In this document: one piece after another, positions 7,441 through 15,810 of the stretch | Layout: each line of letters opens with the position of its first letter | Position numbering within the stretch: the stretch's first letter is position 1 | Virus record (IMG/VR): IMGVR_UViG_3300042366_000875 | Coordinates: 1 to 36,204 of that record | DNA length: 36,204 nt | Direction: 5' to 3' (one strand) | Source: a virus | Lineage: Duplodnaviria > Caudoviricetes | Position numbers and translations under genes: made by a program | The notes under the pieces: generated by a model | Seen by the model: the letters and a program-made list of their open reading frames with translations, nothing else | The model's database searches: none | What the model was told of the DNA's origin: nothing

Positions 7441-8114
7441 GTCGTCGCCAAGGCGGCGGCGTGCCGCTCGGGATCGATCTCGGCGCCGACGTAGCGCCGC
7501 CCCGTCGCCGAGCAGGCGCGACGCATCGGGGGGAGCCCGGCGTACAAGTCGAGAACGAGATCGCCCGGCGACGTGAAGCCCGCGATCAACTCGCGAAGGT
7601 ACGGCTCGGGCTTCTCGGAGTGCCGCGAGCGCGGGCCCGCGTGGGCGTTGCTAAGCGCCTTGTAAAGCGGCTTCGGCTTGCCTTTCGAGAGCAGTAGCAA
7701 CGGCTCGGAGTTGCCGCGCCAGTGATACCCGACGCCCATACCCGAAGTCTTATGCCACGATCCGCCCGAGAGGCTACGCCATTTCAAGCCCGGAAAGATC
7801 GCGCCTTTGCCGTTCGCCAAGCGCCCGAGTTCTTCCGCGAGAATGGGCCACGTAATCCAAAGCAATAGGTAGGCGTCAGGCGCCGCCGAGTCGAACGCGG
7901 CGTTCAAGTCGCGGGCGATCTCGGCGGGCGTAATCACGTCGTAATGGTGCCCCGTCACGCCGTTTAGCCCCGTGGCGGCGGCGTTCGTGTATTGCCATGG
8001 CGGATCGGCGTGTACGAGCCGCGCGCCGGGTGTATCCCGCGCAACCGAGTAGGCGTCGGCGAGTCGAAGCCCGCCCCGTTCCTGCTCGGCTTTGTGCTGG
8101 CGAAATAGGCCCAT
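7437..8114 (-). CDS. DNA N6-adenine methyltransferase (MT-A70-like, beta-class motif order)
   Basis: ADPPW catalytic motif, LLLWIT, GVGYHWRGNSE, HSEKPE, and C-terminal LVLDLYAG...GRRYVGAEID. Confidence 0.85.
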   Translation of the reverse strand: MGLFRQHKAEQERGGLRLADAYSVARDTPGARLVHADPPWQYTNAAATGLNGVTGHHYDVITPAEIARDLNAAFDSAAPDAYLLLWITWPILAEELGRLANGKGAIFPGLKWRSLSGGSWHKTSGMGVGYHWRGNSEPLLLLSKGKPKPLYKALSNAHAGPRSRHSEKPEPYLRELIAGFTSPGDLVLDLYAGLPPMRRACSATGRRYVGAEIDPERHAAALATT

Positions 8115-8126
8115 GACGCGCGCTCC

Positions 8127-8426
8127 TTACTCGGCTCGAATGGCGTCGGCGGCGATCCGGCGAGCCGTTGCGACTCGCGCGGCTTCTACGCGCGAGTCGT
8201 TCCGCCCTACGAGAATCGGGCCCGTCTGCTCGCGTTCGAGTTCGAGCGCCCGCAAGACAACGCGCTTGATCGTGCGGTAGCGCCCGAGCCCGTTCGCCGT
8301 CGTGGGCGGCACCATGCGCGCCACGTCGGCGCCTTCGAGCTTGACGCCCGACGCCCAACGCGGATCCGCCTTGGCGACGGCGCGGGCGTATTTCGTCGCC
8401 CGCTTCACCTTCGCGACGTGCCCCAC
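8127..8426 (-). CDS. Hypothetical basic protein
   Basis: Fills the gap in a tightly packed minus-strand operon. Confidence 0.6.
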   Translation of the reverse strand: MGHVAKVKRATKYARAVAKADPRWASGVKLEGADVARMVPPTTANGLGRYRTIKRVVLRALELEREQTGPILVGRNDSRVEAARVATARRIAADAIRAE

Positions 8427-8428
8427 GG

Positions 8429-10162
8429 CTACACGCCCGCCGTGATCACAACGTCGGCGAACGGAAGCAGGGCTTCGAGCGCGTGCGGCGTCGTGGCGAG
8501 CCCGCGATCGACGACGAAGACGCCCTTCGGCGGCTCGCGCGTGAGCAGGGCGGCGATCCGCTTGGCGCCGTCGTTGTACTCAATCAAGCCGTAGTGCTCG
8601 ATCTTGGCGTCCTTGGCGACGAGCGCGCCGAGTTCGGCGACGAGATCGGCGAGCGGGCGCGCGGCGGCAACGTGCGGGCCCTTGACCGGGCGGCACCCGA
8701 TGTAGAGAACGAGCCCCCGCGCGGGCGCTTGAATCATGGGGCCCGGTTCGGGCGCCGTCTCGGCGGGGCGGCTCGGCGCGGGCGCCGGGGCGCGCTCTTC
8801 GAGATCGGCGATCTTGCCGTCGTCGCCCATGGTGAGATCAACCGTGCCGCGAGCGATCCGCTTCTCGGCGACGAAGACGAGCATTTCGTCTTGCATGTTG
8901 TCGATCTCGTCGTCGCCCCAACCGAGCCCTTCGATCGCGAACTTCACGCACGAATCGAGATCGGTCAAGTCGGGTGCGTCAACGTCGCCCTTCGCCGCGA
9001 GCACCGGGGCGCGCTCGATCTTGACGAGTGCTCCGTCTTTCGAGATCGACACGTCGCGGGCGTTGATCTTGCCGTCGATCGCTTCGTGCATGGTGGCGGG
9101 CGTCATGCGGCCGATCTGCTTGTCGTCGTAGCCGAGCGCCGCGAGCTTCTCCGCGAAGCCCCGGGGCTTGCGCGCTTCGCCGCTCGAACGCGCTTCCGGC
9201 GCGCTTGCGGGCGCGTTCGGCTGCTCGGGCGCCGGGGCGTCGGGCTTCGTCACGTCGGCGCCCTTGGCGCCGTTCAAGCGCGCGAGAAGCGCCGCCTTGG
9301 CGCCGCTCGCGGGCGCGTCAGGCGGGCGAACGGGGTTCGGGTTGGCGGCGGGCGCCGGGGCGCTTGCAGAGTCGGAACGAAGACGGGCCATGATAGATCC
9401 TTTGTTGTCGGTTGCGGACATTGAAGTAGCTCCTTGCGTGGGGGTAATCGAGATCGACGCTACCTTGTCGGCGGCGCCGCACTTGTCGCGGAACGGGCAC
9501 CCGCCATAGGCGTTGCATGCTCGCACATTGCCCGTAACGCGCATAGGCGACGGCAACAAGGCAACTTCACGCATACGCCGAACGGCGGGCTTGATCTTCG
9601 TCTCGAACGTGCGCGCGATCGTCGGGCGATCGAGAACGACCGGGCCCGATACGGTAATCGCGTTGGGCGGCTTCGTTCCGATGTTGACGTGTTGCACGCG
9701 GATCGAGTCGGCGGAAGGCGCGCGGTTCAAGGCGTATTGCGCGTAGATCGCCAACTGTACGTCGTCGTAAAGTTGATCTTCGGTCTTGGAGTAGCGCACG
9801 GGATCGCCGCGCGTCTTCCAATCCGTGATCAAGTTGTCTTCGAGAAGGTCTATATAGCCTTCGACGGGCATACCTTCGATCGTCATGCCGTCGATCGCCT
9901 GCTCTACCGTGTACGTGCCCGTATGGTACGCCGGATCGGGCATGTGGCGGCGCTCGTAGACGCGCCGGGCGAGCGGGTGAAGCTCCGATGCCGGGATCTC
10001 GCCGAGAAGATATCGCTCGATCGAGTCGTGAACTTCCTTACCGAGCGCGGCGGCGGCGTTCTCGGGCGTCGGAAGGCCCATGATCGATTTGAAGAACCAT
10101 TTCCGCTCACACAACGAGAAGGTTTCGATCTGAGAAGCGGAGACGTGATCGAAGGCGCGCAT
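8429..10162 (-). CDS. Cas4/RecB-like PD-(D/E)XK exonuclease with a long C-terminal extension
   Basis: SASQI...CERKW, G.EVH..IE, GYIDL, DWKT, QLAIY and CNAYGGCPFRDKC (four-Cys Fe-S pattern). Confidence 0.88.
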   Translation of the reverse strand: MRAFDHVSASQIETFSLCERKWFFKSIMGLPTPENAAAALGKEVHDSIERYLLGEIPASELHPLARRVYERRHMPDPAYHTGTYTVEQAIDGMTIEGMPVEGYIDLLEDNLITDWKTRGDPVRYSKTEDQLYDDVQLAIYAQYALNRAPSADSIRVQHVNIGTKPPNAITVSGPVVLDRPTIARTFETKIKPAVRRMREVALLPSPMRVTGNVRACNAYGGCPFRDKCGAADKVASISITPTQGATSMSATDNKGSIMARLRSDSASAPAPAANPNPVRPPDAPASGAKAALLARLNGAKGADVTKPDAPAPEQPNAPASAPEARSSGEARKPRGFAEKLAALGYDDKQIGRMTPATMHEAIDGKINARDVSISKDGALVKIERAPVLAAKGDVDAPDLTDLDSCVKFAIEGLGWGDDEIDNMQDEMLVFVAEKRIARGTVDLTMGDDGKIADLEERAPAPAPSRPAETAPEPGPMIQAPARGLVLYIGCRPVKGPHVAAARPLADLVAELGALVAKDAKIEHYGLIEYNDGAKRIAALLTREPPKGVFVVDRGLATTPHALEALLPFADVVITAGV

Positions 10163-10365
10163 TAGGCGTACGCCCCGGCGACGATCGCTTGAACCGCCGT
10201 AGCAGTTTCGCCGACAACGGCGGCAACCTCACGCGCCGCCGTAAGCTGCTCTTCGAGCGTGAAGCCGGCGTTCGACATGACGCGGGCGATCTCGGCGTTG
10301 CCCGCTTCGATCGTGTCGTTGATCGCGCGTACTTGCTCGAAGGGCAACGGGCGGCGGGGCGTCAT
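10162..10365 (-). CDS. Hypothetical protein (67 aa)
   Basis: MTPRRPLPFEQV...; ATGA and TAATG coupling at the two ends. Confidence 0.65.
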   Translation of the reverse strand: MTPRRPLPFEQVRAINDTIEAGNAEIARVMSNAGFTLEEQLTAAREVAAVVGETATAVQAIVAGAYA

Positions 10366-10988
10366 TCGAGCGCCTTCGCGCGGGCTACCGTGATCTCTTT
10401 CATGTGCTCCAAGGGCCCTTCGTGCTTCGCCACGTTGCCGTAAGCGTCGTGAATCTCGAACTTGACCGAAACGATCTTGACGACGAAGCCCGCGCCCGGC
10501 GGGCACGCGCTCGAAGCCGTCGGCTCGGGATCGCCGAGTGCGTGATCGTAAGGCGGCGCGAAGTGTTCCACGCCCGAGCAGATCACGCCGCCGGGGTAGC
10601 ACGAAAGCGCTTTGAACTGGCGAATCGTGTAGCCGATCCCAACGCCCCGCGCCGCCCGCTCGAAGGTGGCGCGCTCGCGCTCGCACCCGGAAGAGAACGA
10701 GCCGTCGGGCAGTTCGAGAAGCCACAACTCGCCGCCCGCCAAGGCTACCGCTTCCGCGATTGCCAAGCTCGCGCGAAGCCCGCGCTCTCGCTCTTCGGGC
10801 TTGCTCTCGTCGCCGAACGCGCCGAGCCACACGGCTTCGTGAACGTACACCGGGGCGATCCCTTCCTTCGTGATCGCATAGCGGGCAAGCGTGCGAGCGC
10901 GGATCGTGTTGTCGAGAGCCGACAACGAGCCCCACGGGGCGAACGGCGCGGCAAGGTACGCCGGGCGGAAGGTTACGTTCTCGATCAC
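10362..10988 (-). CDS. DUF4406/DUF7768-like protein (nucleoside deoxyribosyltransferase-like fold) with an extra C-terminal region
   Basis: AYLAAPF, N..RAR.LARYA...G.AP..VH, D..PEERERGL, ELW...S.GC..E. GTGA-coupled start at 10988. Confidence 0.65.
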   Translation of the reverse strand: MIENVTFRPAYLAAPFAPWGSLSALDNTIRARTLARYAITKEGIAPVYVHEAVWLGAFGDESKPEERERGLRASLAIAEAVALAGGELWLLELPDGSFSSGCERERATFERAARGVGIGYTIRQFKALSCYPGGVICSGVEHFAPPYDHALGDPEPTASSACPPGAGFVVKIVSVKFEIHDAYGNVAKHEGPLEHMKEITVARAKALE

Positions 10989-11170
10989 GACTTGTACCAC
11001 GTAGCTACGGCGTACACGACGGCGAAGCCGCCGCCCGCGCGTACGGTGCGCGTGAAGATCCGTACCTTCGCGGCTCGTTGCGACGCGCGCCATTCGGCGG
11101 CGCATGCCTTCGCGCCGTCATGATCGGAGTAGACTTCGACGAGATCGGCGCCGCCCTTGGTACGGTTCAC
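10985..11170 (-). CDS. Hypothetical protein (61 aa)
   Basis: GTGA overlaps at both ends. Confidence 0.6.
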   Translation of the reverse strand: MNRTKGGADLVEVYSDHDGAKACAAEWRASQRAAKVRIFTRTVRAGGGFAVVYAVATWYKS

Positions 11171-11364
11171 GACTCGTACCCGAGTTCGATCGTCTGCTCG
11201 GGCGAGAGCTTCGTTACCCGAAAGCCCTTGACCGTCTCGGCGTCGGCTTCGTTGCCTTCGTAGCCGAAGAGCGCGAGCGCTTCGGTAAGCGCCTGCTCGC
11301 GGTTGCGCGCGGCGAAGATCCCGCACTCGTACGAGTCTTCGTTGTTTACGAGGTAGCGATCCAT
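11167..11364 (-). CDS. Small acidic early protein
   Basis: Preceded by the CACCTTCAAGGAG RBS element. Confidence 0.75.
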   Translation of the reverse strand: MDRYLVNNEDSYECGIFAARNREQALTEALALFGYEGNEADAETVKGFRVTKLSPEQTIELGYES

Positions 11365-11399
11365 CGGTCAAACTCCTTGAAGGTGGCGGTTTCGGGGGA

Positions 11400-11549
11400 T
11401 CAAGATTCGCGCCCGGCTTCGATGCGGCGATCCTCTTGCTTCAAGCGGCTACGCGCGATTTGGCGAAGCCGGCGCTTATCGGCGGGCACGCAACACGGGC
11501 ACTTCGCCCCGCCGGGCCCGATCCCCTTGTTCGACTTGAACTCGTCCAT
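11400..11549 (-). CDS. 49-aa early protein (not in the ORF track)
   Basis: MDEFKSNKGIGPGGAKCPCCVPADKRRLRQIARSRLKQEDRRIEAGRES*. CACCTTCAAGGAG RBS; first gene after the promoter. Confidence 0.7.
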   Translation of the reverse strand: MDEFKSNKGIGPGGAKCPCCVPADKRRLRQIARSRLKQEDRRIEAGRES

Positions 11550-11557
11550 GACAGAAG

Positions 11558-11605
11558 CTCCTTGAAGGTGAAAGCACCTTAGCCTATCCGCGTTACTCGC
11601 GTCAA
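11558..11605 (-). promoter_or_regulatory. Early promoter plus RBS cassette, copy A
   Basis: TTGACG-18 nt-TAAGGT followed by CACCTTCAAGGAG; closely similar to 21624-21670. Confidence 0.7.
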
Positions 11606-14187
11606 GAAGAAACGCTAAATACTTTGTTTCCGCTCGTAGTACCGCCGAAGTTCGCGGGTAGCACGTTGGCGGGCGGCGCTTCGTCAGGCGCGAACTTTAC
11701 CCAACGTCGAAGCGTGCCGTTCTCTATGGCCCGAGACTCGCACCCGAGCGCCCGAAGGTGAACGCCAACCATGCGCGCCGCCGCGCGATCGGGCGGCACT
11801 CCGAGGATAACGCACACGTCGGAAGTCTCGAAGGGCTCGTTCCGCTTGCCGAGCCAACGCTTGATCATGCTTCGGCGGGGATCCTCTTCTTCGAACTGTA
11901 GGGCGTCGGCGCGTTGGCGCTCGTCTTCGGCTTCCGTGAGGTAATGGATCTCGCCCGCGTCGGCTCGCGCCACGGCTTCGGCCCATAGTTGATCGAGTAG
12001 CGCGCCGAGCAGGGCGAGATCGATCTTCTCGCTCACGGGGATAATCCAGAAACGCCGGGCGCCGCTCGGATCGTTTAGGGGCGTCGGGTTGTTCGTCGTG
12101 CCGAAGAACACCGTATGCCGGTAGTGAACGCGGGCGAAGTGTGCGTAGGGCGAGCGGTACGTATCCTTGCCCGAGCTTAGGAAGTTCTTCACGTCTTCGA
12201 TCTCGGCGCGTCGCAACTGCGATAGCTCGCCCCATTCGTATACCCAACCGTGCGAAATCTGCCCGTAAGCGTCTTTATTCCCAATGTCGAACTTCGTATT
12301 GTGGTAGAAGCGTTCGCCGAAGAGCAGTTGAACGAACGTCGTCTTCCCCGCCGCTTGCGGGCCTTGAAGTACGAGCATGTTATCCGCCTTGACGCCCGGC
12401 GAGAACGCACGGCGAACGGCGGCAATAAGGAACTTCCGTAGATAGGTGGCGTACAAGCCTTCGGGCGTATCGTCAACCTTCAACACGGCGCGAAGAAGCT
12501 GCTCGGAGCGCGGTACGCCATCCCACGCGGGCAGGGCACGAAGGTACTCGGCGGCGGGGTTGTAGATCGTGCGCCCGGCTACCGCGTCTACGGCGCTCTT
12601 CACGTCGCCTAACCGCGCTTCGAGCCCGTAGGTATCCGCCAAGTATTCGCATACGAGCGACAGATCGTGATCGTCGATCGCCTTGTCGCCCCATTCGGGC
12701 ACTTCGCCGAACATGTTCGTTCGCATGCGGGGCCCGAGCAGCGGATCAAGGCGTACGATCTTGAAGACGTTCGAGTAGCAGGGCACCGGGGCTTGCGTGG
12801 CGGGGTTCAACTTCAAGGCCCGCCACACGTCGCCTTCTACGCCTTCGGGCGGCGCGGCGCCGGCTTCGAGTTCGCGGGCCTTGCGTTCGAGCGACTTCGC
12901 GAGCGCCGACGTACGATCGCGTTCTTCGATCGCCGCTTCGAGCGCGTGGCGGGCGCCTTCACAAGCGCGGGCGCGGGCGTCTACGTCTACCGTGAAGCGT
13001 TCGGCGCGTTGGCGCTCGCGGTACTCGTTGCGCGCGAGTTCTACGCGGGCCTTCGCCGTGGCGAGCGCGGCGCGAGCGGCTTCGAGATCGCCTTGAAGGC
13101 GCTCGGCGTGCTCGTCGGGTTGCGTCTCGGGATCGGGTGCGCCGAGTTGAACGGGCGACGTGATCCGGTTGAAGTGCGGGCACGTCTTACACCCGGCGAA
13201 GAACTCCGAGACGCGGGCGCACGTCGCGGGCCCGTGCTCCTTGGCGCGGGCGAGCTTGATCGCCGTCTCGCTCTCGTCGTAGCCCGCGTAGGGCTCGCTC
13301 CGTGCGTGCGCTACCGCGTCGCCGTCTTTGCACCGGGCCCACACGCTTAGGGCGGCGTACCATTCGGGCTCGGGAAGCTCGGCGGCGTCGTCGCGGGCGT
13401 GGGCCATAAAGGCGCACCCGGCTTCGATCTCGTCTACGTTCTCGGCTTGGCGGAAGGCGCTTGCCGTCTCGATCCCGGCGAAGAGCCCGCGCCGTGGCGC
13501 CGTGGGCGGCTCCGTAGACGCGGGCAGGGCGGCAAGGGCTCCGAGTATGCCCGCCTTCGTTGCGAGCGCGCCCGGGGCGCGTACGGGCGCCACGACGGGG
13601 CCGGCTTCGCTCACGGCGAGCAGGCGCCCCGCGTTGTGGATCGAGAAGTAGTCGGGCGCGTCGGCGGGGCGAACGGGCCAGTAGTAGCGGCGGAAGAGAT
13701 CCTTACAGTTCTCGTCGATCTTCCCGACGGCGCGGCGAGCCGCCCACGCCCACACGGCGCGAAACTGCTCGGGCGTGGCGGGCTCGGCGAGCGGGAAGAC
13801 AAGGCGGAAGCGCGGGCGCCCGTCATACTTGCCCGTCGTCAGGGCATGCCCGAAGCTCGAATGGATCACGAAGTCGTAGTCTTGCCACGGCTCGATCGCC
13901 TGCTCGGGCGGCGTGCCGTCGTCGTAGTCCAGTACAAGCGCCGTTACCGTGAGCACGGCACCTTGAAGCACGCGCTCGCCCGAGAAGGTGACAGGCGAGA
14001 AGAGAAGCCCGTCTTTGTCGCCGACGCGCCATTCTTCGAGAAGGTGGCGGGGATAGTCGATCTCTACCCGGTCGGGCGTCACGTCAGCTTTACGGCGTGT
14101 GATTGCGACCGGTAGAAGCAAGGGGAGGATCCGATCGGATACCGGAAGCGTCGGCACGAAGCGCGGCGGCTCCGTGCTCGGGTTCAT
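11602..14187 (-). CDS. Primase-polymerase fused to a VapE/VirE-family P-loop helicase
   Basis: N-terminal LVLDYD, HSSFGH, RFRLVFPL; central EPEWY...GPATC..C..CPH; coiled coil; C-terminal LQGPQAAGKT, YEWGEL, FFGTTN, GARRF. ATG 14187 preferred as start. Confidence 0.88.
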   Translation of the reverse strand: MNPSTEPPRFVPTLPVSDRILPLLLPVAITRRKADVTPDRVEIDYPRHLLEEWRVGDKDGLLFSPVTFSGERVLQGAVLTVTALVLDYDDGTPPEQAIEPWQDYDFVIHSSFGHALTTGKYDGRPRFRLVFPLAEPATPEQFRAVWAWAARRAVGKIDENCKDLFRRYYWPVRPADAPDYFSIHNAGRLLAVSEAGPVVAPVRAPGALATKAGILGALAALPASTEPPTAPRRGLFAGIETASAFRQAENVDEIEAGCAFMAHARDDAAELPEPEWYAALSVWARCKDGDAVAHARSEPYAGYDESETAIKLARAKEHGPATCARVSEFFAGCKTCPHFNRITSPVQLGAPDPETQPDEHAERLQGDLEAARAALATAKARVELARNEYRERQRAERFTVDVDARARACEGARHALEAAIEERDRTSALAKSLERKARELEAGAAPPEGVEGDVWRALKLNPATQAPVPCYSNVFKIVRLDPLLGPRMRTNMFGEVPEWGDKAIDDHDLSLVCEYLADTYGLEARLGDVKSAVDAVAGRTIYNPAAEYLRALPAWDGVPRSEQLLRAVLKVDDTPEGLYATYLRKFLIAAVRRAFSPGVKADNMLVLQGPQAAGKTTFVQLLFGERFYHNTKFDIGNKDAYGQISHGWVYEWGELSQLRRAEIEDVKNFLSSGKDTYRSPYAHFARVHYRHTVFFGTTNNPTPLNDPSGARRFWIIPVSEKIDLALLGALLDQLWAEAVARADAGEIHYLTEAEDERQRADALQFEEEDPRRSMIKRWLGKRNEPFETSDVCVILGVPPDRAAARMVGVHLRALGCESRAIENGTLRRWVKFAPDEAPPANVLPANFGGTTSGNKVFSVSS

Positions 14188-14302
14188 GCCCGAACGCGCA
14201 ACCGCCGCAACCCCGCGCCGACTCTCGCCGGGGCGGGTTGATCGTCCCGCCGGGTGCTCTCGGAGTGTAATGCGAACGTAACGCGGACACAAGGCGAAAT
14301 CG

Positions 14303-14680
14303 TCAAGTAGGCGCCTTGCCGGCGTAGCGAGCGAGAAGGGCGGCTTCGAGTTGTTGGCGCTCTTCGCGGCTAAACTCGGCTACGACGAGCGCGCCGTCTT
14401 TGGCGTGTAGACTCGCCGCCGCTTCCGCCCACGCCGAGAAGTTCGCGAATTCCCATACGAGAACGGCGCGAAAGGCGCACATGCCCGGCGATAGCCTCAC
14501 GTTGACGGGGTAGCGCCCGAGCCCGCGAAGAACGAGCCCGCGCTTCGCCGTGGCGATCTGCTCGGGAACGTCGCCGAGCGCAGCGACGAGAAGTGCGGCT
14601 TCGAGAACGGGGCGCGTCTTGCCCCGGCGCCCGAGCAGGGCGAGAACATCGGGCGAGAGCGAAACGGAAGTAGTAGGCAT
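14303..14680 (-). CDS. Putative DNA-binding regulator (tandem ribbon-helix-helix-like)
   Basis: Two strand-helix starts, TTSVSLSPDV and PVNVRLSPGM. Next to the origin-like region and has its own promoter. Confidence 0.5.
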   Translation of the reverse strand: MPTTSVSLSPDVLALLGRRGKTRPVLEAALLVAALGDVPEQIATAKRGLVLRGLGRYPVNVRLSPGMCAFRAVLVWEFANFSAWAEAAASLHAKDGALVVAEFSREERQQLEAALLARYAGKAPT

Positions 14681-14685
14681 GCGCC

Positions 14686-14714
14686 ACCTTAGTACGCGCT
14701 AAGTGCGAAGTCAA
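14686..14714 (-). promoter_or_regulatory. Sigma70-like promoter, leaderless
   Basis: TTGACT-17 nt-TAAGGT, then 5 nt to the ATG at 14680. Confidence 0.65.
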
Positions 14715-14769
14715 GCACTTGCCGCGCTTTGGCGATTCGGCACTTTCGCGGCTAACAAGACTTTAGCGC

Positions 14770-14985
14770 GCTCCTTAGCGTCCGTAGCGTCTTAGAATAA
14801 TCGGCATTGTAGCTTGTCAGGACGCTACGGACGCTACGGACATTCGATCACAAAGGTACATATAGATTGATCGTCGGATCATAGTACGCTATACTATGGC
14901 ACTATAAACTATGAAACTATGAAACGAGAATCGGCCCTATAGCGGTTTAGTAACCGGGGCTCCTTAGCGTCCGTAGCGTCCTGAC
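14770..14985. repeat. Putative replication origin: iteron-like direct and inverted repeats around an AT-rich core
   Basis: 22-bp direct repeat at 14770-14791 and 14959-14980; 21-bp perfect inverted repeat at 14816-14836/14965-14985; ACTAT repeats at 14893-14920. Confidence 0.7.
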
Positions 14986-15159
14986 GAGGTAGAACCTACA
15001 TAGTTTATCCCGGCGTAGCGTAATTGGGCGTCATGGTAGGTTCAACCTCGATTAGCTGCTCTACTTGACAATAATCTTAGCGCGCGCCAACCCGTTAGCG
15101 GAACCGCCAACATATTAGCAAGCCTTGACGCCCGCGCCTTGGCGAGTTAGCGAGGTTGC

Positions 15160-15720
15160 ATGCGTACTTTAGCAATCGATCCGGGGCTAAGCGGGCTCGG
15201 CGTGGCGCTCTTCGAAGACGCCGAGTTGCTACAGGCGTGGTACTCGCCGGGCCCGAGCCGTAAGCGCCCTATGGGATTCGGTAGGGACGGGGCGGGTAAA
15301 CTGCTACGGGGCCCGCGCGTGTGGCGCGACGTGGCGAACTCGATCGCGTGGTTGAACGACGAGCCGAGCACGCGCCCGGATCGGCTTATCGTAGAGACAA
15401 TGAAGGTTTATGAAGGGCGGGCGGGCGGCTCGAAGGACGCGAACGATCTGCTCGAACTACAAGGCGTGCTCGGGTGCGTCGTCGCCACCTTCCCCTATGC
15501 GCGCGTGGCGGGGCTCGTCGCGCGAGATTGGAAGGGGCAAGTACCTAAACCCGTCATGCTCGCCCGTATTCAAGCGTGGATCAACGCGCGTGCGTGGGGC
15601 GATCGAGTCGTTGACGCCGGGGCGCTCACGCACAACGCGATCGACGCGGCGGGGCTTGGCATGGTGGCGCTTCGGCTCGAAGGTAAGCTAAGAGAATGCC
15701 CGTTCAACGCCGCGTATTGA
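15160..15720 (+). CDS. RuvC-like Holliday junction resolvase
   Basis: LAIDPGLSGLGVA, LIVE, WKGQVPK and HNAIDAAGL. Confidence 0.8.
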   Translation: MRTLAIDPGLSGLGVALFEDAELLQAWYSPGPSRKRPMGFGRDGAGKLLRGPRVWRDVANSIAWLNDEPSTRPDRLIVETMKVYEGRAGGSKDANDLLELQGVLGCVVATFPYARVAGLVARDWKGQVPKPVMLARIQAWINARAWGDRVVDAGALTHNAIDAAGLGMVALRLEGKLRECPFNAAY

Positions 15721-15749
15721 CAATCATACTAAACTTAGTGCGAAAGTGC

Positions 15750-15778
15750 TTGCGCCCGGTGAAGTCTCGAAGTAAGGT
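15750..15778 (+). promoter_or_regulatory. Sigma70-like promoter
   Basis: TTGCGC-17 nt-TAAGGT, the same boxes as the promoter at 21642-21670. Confidence 0.6.
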
Positions 15779-15810
15779 AGTTGAGCAACCCGCAACAAGG
15801 AGTCTTCAAC

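Noticed and set aside
14770-14985. Mini CRISPR array
   Set aside because: Only two direct copies, 189 bp apart, with an inverted copy between them. There are no regular spacers and no cas operon; the Cas4-like gene is a typical stand-alone phage nuclease.
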